Below are positions 48,401-55,982 of a DNA stretch of 64,000 nucleotides, piece after piece. This DNA is from a virus: positions 4,876 through 68,875 of IMG/VR virus record IMGVR_UViG_3300037359_000101, one strand, 5' to 3'. Every line of letters begins with the position of its first letter. Within the stretch, counting starts at the first letter, position 1. Under the pieces are notes generated by a model. It had not been told where the DNA came from and did not search any database. It saw only the letters and a list, made by a program, of their open reading frames with translations. A program made the translations under genes and the position numbers.

Positions 48401-49559
48401 GGACGTGGACAATATCATCAAGGAGAACCGGACCACAGGCCGACCCGAGGAGATGGGATTGCCGGGCATCGGTGGAAAGCGCGCGTTGTCGCCCTCCCAG
48501 ATGTCCAACATGACCAAGGCGGACATTGCGGAATACTATCCCGAGTCCGTGATTCCCCGGGCTCGCACCGACGCCGTCCCTTCGGAGATTACCAAATCGC
48601 CGCTTTACCGGGATTCTGACAACCCCGCTCAGTCTTTCGGGCGAAAGCTGGCGGAGTTTGCTAAGGAGTGGCGGGACCACCCGTCGTTCCAATCGGGAGC
48701 CCGGTGGTATTCCGAGTTTACGCCGAAGCTCAAGGAAATTTTCAAGGACGACGCACCCATCATGGCCGAATTACTGGCCGGGACTTCTCCGCAGCAGCCG
48801 CCCACGCAGAACTACGCGATGGCGCTTGACGCGCTCCAAGGATTCAAACAGGGGCGCTTCGCCAAACAGATTGCCAAGTTTGAAGAGGGCCTGGAGAAGT
48901 TGAAAGACGGCTCCTGGAAGCGCTGGCTGGACCGTGAAATCAAGGGCGAAAAGGTAAAGAACGCGCCCGAGACTCCGACTGCGGAAACCTTCGTCAACCA
49001 CTGGGTTGCCAAGCACAATCTACTGCCGCGCCAGTCAAACGGGAAGCGCTACTCGATCTCCTCGGACGCTGTGCTCAAGATTCTCGCCCGCAAATGGATG
49101 GGCGAGACCGCCGGTCTGAAGACCCAGAACTTCGTGAAGAACCTTCTCGGCGTTGGCAAAGAAGCCACGATTGACCTTTGGGCGGACAGAACCATGAGGC
49201 GCATTGGCTACGCGGGCCACAAAGAACGCTGGCGGATTCTCCCCAAGAATGCGACGGGGGTGTCGGATGAAGACTTCCTTTTCAGCCAAAAAGCCTTCCG
49301 CGCCGCCGCCGAAGAGCTTGGGATGGAGCCTTCGGAACTTCAGGGCGCGCTCTGGTTCGCCGAAAAGCAGTTGTGGGCGGACAACGGATGGGGCAGACTT
49401 GACTTAGGCGACTTCCGAAAGGAGATTGCCAAGACGGACATGTTGAAAAAAGGCATCGAACAACGAACGCGGCTGGCGAAGGGCGAGGCAAAAGCCAAAA
49501 CCCAGGAGCAGCCTGAGCTAATCATGCCAACCGTTGAGCCCCGAAACTTACGACCATGA
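39492..49559 (+). CDS. giant (3355 aa) polyvalent virion/ejection protein: zincin peptidase, radical SAM, GNAT, histidine phosphatase, repeated small domains, C-terminal glycosylase-like domain
   Basis: HEAGH (41376); CRHKCAFC (43740) with GIES and IIGYPGET; VTPSAQGKGIA; IIRHG (46443), SDLKRARQTA, GGES, IVTH; WY...LAGTSPQ...KTQNF..NL...TIDLW. Confidence 0.85.
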   Translation: MADINTSDATAQAPAQAPTFTDAAGNPVQFTPEQQAEALQNLSPAPTTAATAAPPEAPQELLNPYKGMQLTDEAGKPAALTPAQQAEARKNAGVVDPLLDLSADDMFALARNPDNNFSILQAFRARQKEVAQDPGATRRVADAWAKYKASTGLGDLPSVSDMANNVWGFVSNAAKYAGGLVQSYPARIGAALGGTDGEMTPAEAEALQTQAERAAATGTALTGLGQQVGRLFEPNAGSPSIIPSPVISAGMNRVAGLFGIPEEKPSAPPNPVETLFRDSTKADQLQKATEGKLGGPIGDLPPETLAAMAKAGYPLRPDVVASLAQGDPLSLYLMGKAFGAAGEAIPTVIPKAALNSAGEAVATGAGGTISALSKGAQAVIPKVTPFLPPAFAAKGAATGAVSVGPITGAAIGWGAGKAAAKQLTSLAPTLEKLELAGQQIAGKLPVSSSYTQLAKDIFQSVPAAAYEVGKGALFDVAMGESADTPEEVNGVGIGTAFGILGGGMVAGQHVLSGQLIAPRAYGSRVTVPSNGFYPALDAVHQAAASVAPDGVKTRVNAIRAFVKGALPDYDFIYAGPKPAEGPDPLVSALTKMGVPEEQANTWAAQDGITSRVLGDHKVIIARDVDAAPHEAGHGIEDVLGESIMRGFDRAIQADPQYANNWDRLGQSYADALGGRPDESWQDTILRKSGWGAREAQEKLGQPAVGEGPSDPAAAQSKWAQALDAAGGDPTEAYKAVLTPGEQSEVANRYISREVAAENFDAMFKHTGGFTSEDNSIPARMARVVGGMVSYLGGEPLAGRTSEYRKFPLSYDVTKAQAEGVEGVLGNKPMIEPPTPRGLKNFGPPVTQQQKDDAQKSAQAMAAEASPTPLEPGASSPRESIATLAEAMAGGSPVQITGRAAAPGDPSSSIASNRTVRRAIIEVWRRMPDSAKSLVQKLFFPTRIIKTKGGTYQAEGWSPEVLAANAQKSAEFLSQLSEKGSPIALPAGVELDPATKSFTPDSWKLIFDQLDKFAANQRAGRTGAGGPLVVPKEVTESGGYAPPVRGEVSPVPQDMADFLNYLYNFKLPDTALIRKGTPANIQAQRVSEATMPGRVSEPVTPRGVFGEYGKTEATRAKQRAAAELLGISGTPVAEVNPFRKTVEQAAAATGIPAPSLFEAIQHLNVEGIKSVEHAPEQGTPNIPANTATLTAGFQPPRVNDEPAEHLILPEGIKGSTVSKPQPLYHIASAEEGNPWVRRSADPTRSSATDNSGRTLLVQVSSDLINPEALAGNKDQATQYYDKLYSGARPGYARMQDFWEIPQWIGFASHFVPDADVYVVRDVATAKKFLNEAGYGRVAFSALDTNKALIRDLVTDYPGKVDIGGYVDPKTFSDLPNVKWHDSMESLANDMGLPYKNGVDYRHFQGSDVIPRLTMSQGCRHKCAFCSVSKKVTETPSATIVQQADQIAKLGSKLVYLNDKTFGQASNYKQLSDLNQQILAQNPDFKGFIVQTTAAQLKTMPADWLAKSGIKFVELGIESYNDPILKAMHKPATTSMIDQVTQKLRDNHIALIPNIIIGYPGETPETYKATLDYLKSNKDIISHANIYNLALYKDAELGKQIATGADADFNENVLEKSFHTNPEVHRQFAGDVYGLAQSMLEGSPESAQFQAPREGVEKLDDMPDSMEKIFPKSLPNFQFQPNKDPRAVRTAAVRDPETGRIFEGAMHYNALTKAMNEGGIAGPDLVKLDHGFLTNENEYLTRQEAWERAKELNQLGKGSLERDGKQYAGFDSGLVSEDLPKPAPAEVVPEVQKLLDNVYNLTPEQWSAMVKSPEARGGSSYAHRTGMAAKSTADLAALREAHGVTSELGRQSLQNKDPMGAMNFGVKAQALREAYEAATGKTMDGTQDVSGTIRALHDPNYQPPVTGQYQVAPEVRELVDRMNSTSPEEWSDWAHAGGGMSFAAHTAGTKARSAADLDALRTAYAIHSRIAEKALAADDIDLASVAGNKAQAANEAIMGATGRDIKGRDVTSTLRQVHDKNFQPPLSATTDRQASAQFQAQTDAGKKLEEDGHTFTEHNYSGGHLIVVSKGKKQIGVIESSPVDDTTARVMGVKVTPSAQGKGIAETLYRELATRLQAEGKTSLTGDVIHPAPLKIREKLFGAATPAGRELTTAYGGYAQPVTSPINPEAQFSAPKRDYEGEQVTHAAVRLPSGRVFKARAPLGGSDRRNAVHGSAFLRASESGDDTSSWEEGFVTTKRPFVDRATGYRIAIKSGQFSREEYDRAEREKMGPRGESQGLGDNPDLETLSARRAVQMRRDAIARGISLDSQAQAPKTYIIRHGSTSMNADDPAKDKIRGFVNVPLSEDGKKEAQQTADQLKSSGITTLVTSDLKRARQTADAIAKTTGATVVENPGFRPWHLGPTIEGKPTKEMLPVIAGYTEKPDKVPPGGESFNNFKDRFLGAFHDTQEKYPDENVGIVTHYRGSKLMDAWRDTGTDNDTINPELFEKYSPDTKPGSFDVVDKEGAEIKPEKEGFLGRVRREIGEMAGTVAGIEPGIQFQPSANPRAIKWPAVRYEDDRGHVWEYAAPRHAEAEKKLVEALGYTPHYNRVEDGFVTNSGDFLDREAAYRRAIETKQYSPRTRDRGSLIAEETSGMAPREDVQFTPKRATDKDWKLKLGANGFSKAWITPEGKPIQLGGTFHDVWLNQNPDVKKQHGIPEDVTEETPVRQAALKAGFARINYSVNNGGLIVEARSKDWPKLAPAVRQFVQANAGKIDNMTVDLLDNKADRSIDSDFAPLFQFSDKEKMNHLPLISPPSPTTEMSPQASSAQYQAPKLFPEPAFDEELEKIRSGATGGQSFTPAGAVWKAPADSKIDLVSLASKNIPLGDLDRETVSKALKNYADLLDEPNVVAGLYAFSKDGKPMVSVDINAAVSKKHRDNTLAFAKANDQVAIWDVEHNKEVPAGGKGDTRLQTPGEILDAINDLSKGNPVDVDNIIKENRTTGRPEEMGLPGIGGKRALSPSQMSNMTKADIAEYYPESVIPRARTDAVPSEITKSPLYRDSDNPAQSFGRKLAEFAKEWRDHPSFQSGARWYSEFTPKLKEIFKDDAPIMAELLAGTSPQQPPTQNYAMALDALQGFKQGRFAKQIAKFEEGLEKLKDGSWKRWLDREIKGEKVKNAPETPTAETFVNHWVAKHNLLPRQSNGKRYSISSDAVLKILARKWMGETAGLKTQNFVKNLLGVGKEATIDLWADRTMRRIGYAGHKERWRILPKNATGVSDEDFLFSQKAFRAAAEELGMEPSELQGALWFAEKQLWADNGWGRLDLGDFRKEIAKTDMLKKGIEQRTRLAKGEAKAKTQEQPELIMPTVEPRNLRP

Positions 49560-49732
49560 GCGCTGACTTTTCAGACCAAGACAAGCCCGATCTGGTGGAA
49601 TCCGCCCGGCGTGCGGCACCCGACACCGAGGGGATTTGGGACCAGATTTCCGACTACTTCGACCGTCAGCACGCCCGCGCCGAAGCGATAGTGGAAAAGC
49701 GACCCGAAGCTGGAAACCCGCAACTGTTGTAA
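49556..49732 (+). CDS. 58-aa acidic protein coupled to the giant gene
   Basis: ATGA overlap; MSADFSDQDKPDLVESARR...PQLL*. Confidence 0.6.
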   Translation: MSADFSDQDKPDLVESARRAAPDTEGIWDQISDYFDRQHARAEAIVEKRPEAGNPQLL

Positions 49733-49733
49733 T

Positions 49734-50429
49734 ATGCCGTCTGACAACACCACTTCGATGCCTGTAGTTGAGCCCTCGCCGCAAGCCCAGGCACCCCAAA
49801 CACCCCAAGCACCCCAAGCACCCCAAACACCCCAAGCCCCGCCGCCCGCTAACGCTCCTTCCCAGCAGCCCGCTGGCGCGCCGGCTGCCCTTCCCCCGGC
49901 GTTCCTAAAGGTCCCCGCCTTCCAGGCGCTCCTGGCCGGCACGCCGCCCGCAGTATCCATGCGTGTGAAGGGGGCTGAGGACCGCGACGAGATAAAGATG
50001 GTGTCCGAGAACAAGGAAGCCATCCTCGGGGCCGGAATGGGGTTTTACCGTTCGATGTCTGGCCAGTTAGGAGTGATCTTCAATGCCCTCAAAATCCATC
50101 CCCAGGACCTCCAGGCCGCCGATAAGGCGGGCAAGCTTCCGGTGGTAGCCCCCGACTTCGACACGATCAACCACGAGGTCTCCAAGCTCAATCTGACCCA
50201 TCCGATTCGGAATGCTCAGCCGCCGCCGGCACAGTTTGCCTCCCCGATGTCCACCGCCGCTCCGCAAGCTGCTTCTGGGATGCTCCCCCTCGTTCCCCCG
50301 GCTCCTGCATCGGTGGCGCGGAAGCTGGCCGCCCAGCGGATTTTGAACATGCAGGCTGGGGCACCGACTTCTGGACCCGAACCGGGCGCTGGCCGGCTGC
50401 TGAATTCGATAATGAAGCCGGTGGTCTAG
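49734..50429 (+). CDS. Pro/Ala-rich hypothetical protein, last gene of the late arm
   Basis: ATG start; PQA/PQT repeats; stop overlaps the convergent gene's stop. Confidence 0.7.
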   Translation: MPSDNTTSMPVVEPSPQAQAPQTPQAPQAPQTPQAPPPANAPSQQPAGAPAALPPAFLKVPAFQALLAGTPPAVSMRVKGAEDRDEIKMVSENKEAILGAGMGFYRSMSGQLGVIFNALKIHPQDLQAADKAGKLPVVAPDFDTINHEVSKLNLTHPIRNAQPPPAQFASPMSTAAPQAASGMLPLVPPAPASVARKLAAQRILNMQAGAPTSGPEPGAGRLLNSIMKPVV

Positions 50430-50710
50430 GCTTCGATCAGCCCAATCCGCACCGCAAGCCGGGTAAGCCCCGCTACATCGAACACCTGCAAGTCGTAGTA
50501 GAGTTCGTTGCGGTGGTATTCGACAGTCTTCGCGCTCACCCCCAGGCTCAGCGCAATCCCCTTCGTGGTCTCACTGAGCGCAATTCCGCGCCAGACTTCC
50601 TCCCGGCGTTTTGACAGCATCTTACGGGGGCCGACCAGCACGCCTCCCCCGCAGCGCACCGGGAAGTTGCTCACGGTGTTGTCTTCCCCGCTCTTTCGGA
50701 TGTTTTTCAT
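50426..50710 (-). CDS. LuxR/GerE-type HTH regulator
   Basis: LSKRREEV...TTKGIALSLGVSAKTVEYHR...LTRLAVRIGLI. Confidence 0.85.
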   Translation of the reverse strand: MKNIRKSGEDNTVSNFPVRCGGGVLVGPRKMLSKRREEVWRGIALSETTKGIALSLGVSAKTVEYHRNELYYDLQVFDVAGLTRLAVRIGLIEA

Positions 50711-50801
50711 TCCCACAGAATACCGTAGTAATACGTAGCGGCAACCCCCGAGTCGCCGCTTTTTACGATTTGAGGGCCACTAATACGGAGGCCGTCCAGA
50801 A

Positions 50802-52073
50802 TCAGCGCATCTTGAATTCCGTCGGGATCGAATACGGGGCCGACCCGCTAACTTCGGCGAACTTCAGAGAAATGTCATACGTGGCGGTCTTGCCGTATTG
50901 GGGATGCACGAAGAACAGCTTTTGCGACGGGTCCGCTGGGGTGAACATCTCACTTAGCCCGAACTCGTCCACTCCCGGAAATCCACCATTAACGAGGATC
51001 GAACCCGTCGCGTGCGGCAGCACAATATCCCGGTGCAAGTGCCCCAGAAGGTAGAAGTTGGGGGCCTTGCACCCGTATTTGTTCATCAACTGAGTGGCCG
51101 TGCTGACGAGCCGCCCGAAGGCGTGATTCGGGACGCCGAGCGTTTTGTCTCCCCCACGCATGGTGTCCCCGTGGGCAGCGAAAAAGGTGAAGCCCTGCAC
51201 GTCAAACACCGCGTATGGCTGGGCGTCCAAGTTCCACTTGATGCTCGGGATGTCCCGCACCAACTCTCTCACCAGCGCGTAAAGAAACTTGTCAAAATTC
51301 GAGTAGCGGTTCTTCGTGGGCATCCGCTTCTGATTCTGGAAGCGCGTATGGTTTCCCACGCAATCGTAAATCCGAATCGCCGGGAAGTGGGGGGCTAAGT
51401 TTCGGAGGAACTGGGCGAGCGCGTGCGCGCCGCAGTAGAACTGATTGAACACCGGGTCAACCTGCCCCACCTCGTTAGAGTGGCTTAAGGCACCGTCAAG
51501 GAAGTCCCCCAACATAGTCACCACTAGCTCGGGCACCTCGGTAGTAATGTGGTTCTCGGAGATGGAGATAACCGACTCTTCCAGATATTTCAGCCGAGCC
51601 ATGAAAGTCGCGAAGTCGTATTTCCCAAAAGAGAGCGTCTGGTCTGGGCTGACCTCTTTCCCGATATGGGTGTCCGACAACATCAGCAGCGCCGTCTGCG
51701 GTTTTCCGCTCCCCTGGCGGACTCCTTTTCTCACCGCCGGCTGCGGCGAGTAGGCCACGGGTGCCAGGGCGGAGACTCCCGAGACCAGCCGGTCAACCGC
51801 GTTCTCCGCCTTCAGGAGCTTCTGATACTTTTGGGCGAGGGACCCAAACTCTCGTTTCCAGTAAAGCTCGTCTTGCTTTTCGAGGTCTTTGGACACCGAA
51901 GAGCCGGAAGCGGCTTTGGGCGCGGTGCGCGTAAAACCCCCGTGGGTGACTTGCCGCTCAACCGCCCGGTAAGTGCGCCCCAGCTTTTCCGCTATCTCCC
52001 GCACTGTCACCCTCGCTGCTCGCAGGCTCTTCAGCTTCACAATCTCCGCTTTGGTCCACGCTGTCGTTTTCAT
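50802..52073 (-). CDS. HTH plus calcineurin-like metallophosphoesterase
   Basis: N-terminal WT..E...L...EIAEKLGRT; SDTHIG, GDFLDG, GNH, AHGD, GHLH. Confidence 0.85.
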   Translation of the reverse strand: MKTTAWTKAEIVKLKSLRAARVTVREIAEKLGRTYRAVERQVTHGGFTRTAPKAASGSSVSKDLEKQDELYWKREFGSLAQKYQKLLKAENAVDRLVSGVSALAPVAYSPQPAVRKGVRQGSGKPQTALLMLSDTHIGKEVSPDQTLSFGKYDFATFMARLKYLEESVISISENHITTEVPELVVTMLGDFLDGALSHSNEVGQVDPVFNQFYCGAHALAQFLRNLAPHFPAIRIYDCVGNHTRFQNQKRMPTKNRYSNFDKFLYALVRELVRDIPSIKWNLDAQPYAVFDVQGFTFFAAHGDTMRGGDKTLGVPNHAFGRLVSTATQLMNKYGCKAPNFYLLGHLHRDIVLPHATGSILVNGGFPGVDEFGLSEMFTPADPSQKLFFVHPQYGKTATYDISLKFAEVSGSAPYSIPTEFKMR

Positions 52074-52668
52074 TCAGTTCGATTTTTCTATCCACTACCG
52101 TCCGTTGTTGTTTTTCTGAGAGGACTCCCAGGAAAGCCAAGTCGAAGGCTTTCACCGCCGCTTCTGGGCATCCCCCCAGACCAAAAACGCAGGTGTCTTG
52201 GTCCTTCGGGTCTCCCAGAAAAGCAATCCACTCGCCACTCTCTGACTTCGTGAGCATTGGGCGATAGATGAAGTGCGGCGTCTGCGCCGACTCGGCAGCG
52301 GTCCGCTGAGCGTTCGCTTTTTCGGTCTCCGCCGTCAGGGCGGCAGCCTGCTTCTCCGCCATCTGATGCGCCAGCCGAGTGTTCTCTTCAAAAAGCTTTT
52401 CCAAGGAAAGCTGGTAGTCCATGCCCCATCGGGAGCTATCATCGAGGATTTTGTCCAGCCGGTCGCACGCTTTGATGAACGTCACCTCGGCGGCAATCCC
52501 CGCCTCGCCGGCCACTTCGGGGCGCGTTCCCGGCGTTTCACCCGGCTCCGCCGGCTCCGCGAACACCAAATCCGCCATTGCGCCGCAGATGGACAGCAGC
52601 ATACCCACTTGGTTGCCGGTGGACAGGTCCCGGTGGAGAAAGGTTACGGGGTCTTTGCTTTCGCTCAC
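51958..52668 (-). CDS. hypothetical protein
   Basis: GTG 52668 overlaps the RuvC stop; C-terminus overlaps the next gene. Confidence 0.6.
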   Translation of the reverse strand: MSESKDPVTFLHRDLSTGNQVGMLLSICGAMADLVFAEPAEPGETPGTRPEVAGEAGIAAEVTFIKACDRLDKILDDSSRWGMDYQLSLEKLFEENTRLAHQMAEKQAAALTAETEKANAQRTAAESAQTPHFIYRPMLTKSESGEWIAFLGDPKDQDTCVFGLGGCPEAAVKAFDLAFLGVLSEKQQRTVVDRKIELNENDSVDQSGDCEAEEPASSEGDSAGDSGKAGAHLPGG

Positions 52669-53156
52669 AGGTGAATGCGTCCCAGATTGTGTTCCGCCCA
52701 TTTGAGGACCCACAGCGCGTCAATCGCATTGTCGTCCAAGTCCGGGCGCGTCTGTGGAAACTGTGTAAACATCGCGCGCCGCATGGCCTCCTTATCTGCC
52801 GCACCCGATCCAGTGGCAAACTTTTTGAGCGTCGTCACGGGAACGCACTCGATGCAATCGCCCGCGAAGGCGAGCCACACCGCCGTTCGGAACGCCGACC
52901 AAAGCTGGGTTTGCTTGGTGTAGGTGGAAAACTCGACATCCTCAAAAACTACGATCTCCGGGCGCTCCACCAGGATAAGCTGGTTGAACAGCCGGGAAAT
53001 GCGAGGATCACACCGGCGGGTCAAGCGCTCTTTCCCCCAAGCCGCAACTTCCTTTGCCGTAGCAAGCTGGAGGGTCTGGGCTCCCGGCAGAAGGCCGTAG
53101 TTCATGGCCACCCCGGTTTTGGTGCCCAAGTCCAGGGCGAGGATTTTTGGCATCAT
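52665..53156 (-). CDS. ruvC: RuvC-like Holliday junction resolvase
   Basis: ILALDLGTKTG, VVFEDV, LKKFATGSGAADK, DNAIDAL. Confidence 0.85.
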   Translation of the reverse strand: MMPKILALDLGTKTGVAMNYGLLPGAQTLQLATAKEVAAWGKERLTRRCDPRISRLFNQLILVERPEIVVFEDVEFSTYTKQTQLWSAFRTAVWLAFAGDCIECVPVTTLKKFATGSGAADKEAMRRAMFTQFPQTRPDLDDNAIDALWVLKWAEHNLGRIHL

Positions 53157-53848
53157 AGCAACAGTTCCTTATGTTCAGCGATCCCGTCACGCAGCTTGGC
53201 GATTGCTTTTCGGTGCGCGGCGTGGACGCCCGACCGCGTAATTCCAAGCAGGTTTCCGATCTGCACAAAATTCAATTCACCCATGTAAGCCAAGTCAAGG
53301 ATCATCCACTGTTGCTCTGACAGATTATCAGCCAGCACGCGGCGGATTGTCTCCCAGTGGTCTTTGGCCAGCAACGGCTCCGGGTCCGGCGTCTGAATCT
53401 CACCCGTGATTATCTCCCGCTTGGAGATTTCTCGGTCGTCCTCGGGACCCGTAGGCCGGCCCCGATCCTTTTTCAAGCATCCCCCCTGATGATCCAGCAC
53501 GTCCACCGACAAGACTTCGGCGGCATTACGGACCGTGTTCAAAGAGGACCAATACCGCTTCATCCGTCCGCGCAACCCCGCTTTGGCGAAGGCAAAGAAC
53601 CTTCCCTTGCTCGGGTCAAATCGCCGGCCACTCATGGTCAACTCCTGATAACAGAGGCTTATGCGGTCTCGCACCCCGATTTGATCGTAGCTCACCCGCT
53701 GAGAGTAAAGCAACGCCGCGTGCATGTTGGCCATGACCAAAGTGTTCAGCGCCGTCTCGTCACGCCGCTTTATTTTCTGGGCAAGCTCCGCTTCCGCTTC
53801 GCGGGAGAGCTTCACCTTGTCAAACTGATCTAGCGGGTTGTCGTTCAT
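53153..53848 (-). CDS. phage-encoded sigma-70 family factor
   Basis: LSREAEAELA (r1.2), LVMANM (r2.1), RFDPSKGRF (r2.3), LSEQQ...IGNLLGITRSGV...AIAKLR (r4). Confidence 0.85.
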   Translation of the reverse strand: MNDNPLDQFDKVKLSREAEAELAQKIKRRDETALNTLVMANMHAALLYSQRVSYDQIGVRDRISLCYQELTMSGRRFDPSKGRFFAFAKAGLRGRMKRYWSSLNTVRNAAEVLSVDVLDHQGGCLKKDRGRPTGPEDDREISKREIITGEIQTPDPEPLLAKDHWETIRRVLADNLSEQQWMILDLAYMGELNFVQIGNLLGITRSGVHAAHRKAIAKLRDGIAEHKELLL

Positions 53849-55968
53849 TAAAATCGGTAAAACCTCCAAATTCGAGAGTTGTGCGCGCCCTGGTTGACCT
53901 CGCCCCGGATGGAGCCCTCGCGTTGAATCTGCTCCAGAAATCGGCTGATTTGATCCAGCCGAAGCGACTTGAGCACGAGGTCGTTTCCTTGCGTGGCAAG
54001 AACCGCTCGAAGCAGTGAGGAAACGGTTCCCTCCCAGAACTTGCCATCCGGGTTATCCCGAAAGTGAACCGCCAGGAATTCCACCAACACCTCTTTGAAG
54101 GACGCCGTCGGCGAACTTTGATACGTCTGGTCCAGCAGCGCTTTCTCTTGATACGCCTTGTAGCCATATCGGGCATCTCGCTCCACCTCGGCGGGCGGCT
54201 CCCAGTCCAACAGCCAGCGCAGGAGGAACGGAAGCTCGACGCTGATGGTGCGCGACAGTTCCCCGCGATCTGGAAAAACTATCTGTGAGGTGGACTGGCA
54301 CCGGAACAGGCAGGTCTTGTCGAGGCTTGAGTTATCCAAGGGACCAACGATTCGACTGGAAATAAAGTCAAGATTCGTCGTGCAGCCGATTCGACCCATC
54401 CATTCCACCATCACCGCATTTTGAAACTTGGTGTTACAGAGAAACTGCTGGTTCGCGGCGACCTTCTTGAACATCATGTGCGTTCGATTCACCGACTGCT
54501 GTGATCCCGAAGGAGAGTCATCGTCCAGGACCCAGTGCGCCCGCTTCATCAAATGCGAGTTGAACGTCGAGCCCGCCACGAGGTAGTCGGAAGCATCGAC
54601 GTATCCGCCCACCGCGTTACCAACCACCTGACGATTGCACAGAGTTTTCCCGATGCCCGCGCCGCCCATCAAGAAAAAGTTCTGCCCCGGGCGCGGGTCG
54701 TAGTTCAGCGCCGATTGGTAGAAGTGCTTGAAGCCGGCCAGCCAGAAAGGAAGTTGAGTCGGCGGATTGAAAAGCAAGTCCAACCACCTCGACAGGAATG
54801 GGAAATTGCCCTGGCCGCCCCAAGACTGGGTTCCTTCGGCAGGAGGCACCGGCGTTCCAGAGTAGGTGTTCAGCTTGCGTTCGCCGTCGAACATGATGAG
54901 CCCGGACCGGCGCAGCACAAACGGGGCAGCCCCGGTCACGCACTGGTGGTTGAACAGATGCTCCAGGGCGGCTTCCTGCTGGCTGATTCCGCCCTGTCCT
55001 GGCTTGGCGCTCAGCCGACAGGACACCTTGAAGTAGTTCAGCAACTCGGCTTTCTCCAAGGCCACATAGACCCCGCTTTTTCGACGCCAGAACTGCTTGG
55101 AGTCCCACCAGATGTCCTCGGTCGCTTTTGCTATGGCGTCCGCCTGAAATTTGTCGGTAAACTCTTTACCAAGCAAATCCGTCCAGGAATAGAACGGCTT
55201 TGCAGCGTGGGCGGCGAAGGTAAACAGTCCGCCGAGCTTGAGGATAGCGGACTGCGGCGACACACTCCCCGCGATCCAGAACGAGGGTCCTTGGGTGTCC
55301 AAGTCGAACGGACCCGGCCAGTTGAACGCAGGATACCGCTCTTTCAGCGCTTTCTCCACCAGATCAAGCGGGACGCCCTCGTCATCGCCGGCCTTGAATC
55401 GGAATTTCTTCCCGCACTCGACAAAGAACGATTGCGCCACGTTGGCTGGAACTGGCGGGTTAAGCTGTTCCCACTGGCACCCGTTACAGTAAAGCCGGCT
55501 GGTCTCCTCGAACGCTGGCCGGTCCAGGCCCGGGAGCAACCCGAGGCGCAGCCAGTCGTGAGCTTCCTGGAGGATGAAGGTGCAGAAGGCCCGGTCACAT
55601 ACGGGGAGGGGAACGTCAAGCACCCATACCAGCCGGAAGTTTCCGCCCAGCGAGGTCTCGAAGTAGGTGGGCTTGATCTCCATCACCTTTATCGCTTCCG
55701 CGATTCGCTCCGCTGGAATCTGAATATCGTAGTCAGCTACGAAACCGTGAATTGACTGCGGCGGATTGTCCTTGCTCACCCGCTGCGTAGCGGAGACGGC
55801 CTCAATCGCCGTGTAGAAGTTGTGGCGTGTGGATGGATTCTGATACCACCTTTGGCGATCCGACTTATCGCCGCGAATCTGCGCGGTGATCTCCTCGGTG
55901 GACTTGAATGCCCAGGGATCGGACGGTTGCAGCGACGGTGTGGTCAGGTTCTCTACGGCGAAAAACAT
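53848..55968 (-). CDS. primase-helicase (AEP/RepB-like N-terminus plus SF3/DUF5906-like helicase)
   Basis: FVADYD...ETSLGGN; GGAGIGKT Walker A; FNSHL; VLDD; TTN. Confidence 0.8.
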   Translation of the reverse strand: MFFAVENLTTPSLQPSDPWAFKSTEEITAQIRGDKSDRQRWYQNPSTRHNFYTAIEAVSATQRVSKDNPPQSIHGFVADYDIQIPAERIAEAIKVMEIKPTYFETSLGGNFRLVWVLDVPLPVCDRAFCTFILQEAHDWLRLGLLPGLDRPAFEETSRLYCNGCQWEQLNPPVPANVAQSFFVECGKKFRFKAGDDEGVPLDLVEKALKERYPAFNWPGPFDLDTQGPSFWIAGSVSPQSAILKLGGLFTFAAHAAKPFYSWTDLLGKEFTDKFQADAIAKATEDIWWDSKQFWRRKSGVYVALEKAELLNYFKVSCRLSAKPGQGGISQQEAALEHLFNHQCVTGAAPFVLRRSGLIMFDGERKLNTYSGTPVPPAEGTQSWGGQGNFPFLSRWLDLLFNPPTQLPFWLAGFKHFYQSALNYDPRPGQNFFLMGGAGIGKTLCNRQVVGNAVGGYVDASDYLVAGSTFNSHLMKRAHWVLDDDSPSGSQQSVNRTHMMFKKVAANQQFLCNTKFQNAVMVEWMGRIGCTTNLDFISSRIVGPLDNSSLDKTCLFRCQSTSQIVFPDRGELSRTISVELPFLLRWLLDWEPPAEVERDARYGYKAYQEKALLDQTYQSSPTASFKEVLVEFLAVHFRDNPDGKFWEGTVSSLLRAVLATQGNDLVLKSLRLDQISRFLEQIQREGSIRGEVNQGAHNSRIWRFYRF

Positions 55969-55982
55969 TTGATTTAGGGAGC

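Noticed and set aside
49785-49840. 9-bp tandem repeat
   Set aside because: Ordinary low-complexity PQA/PQT linker
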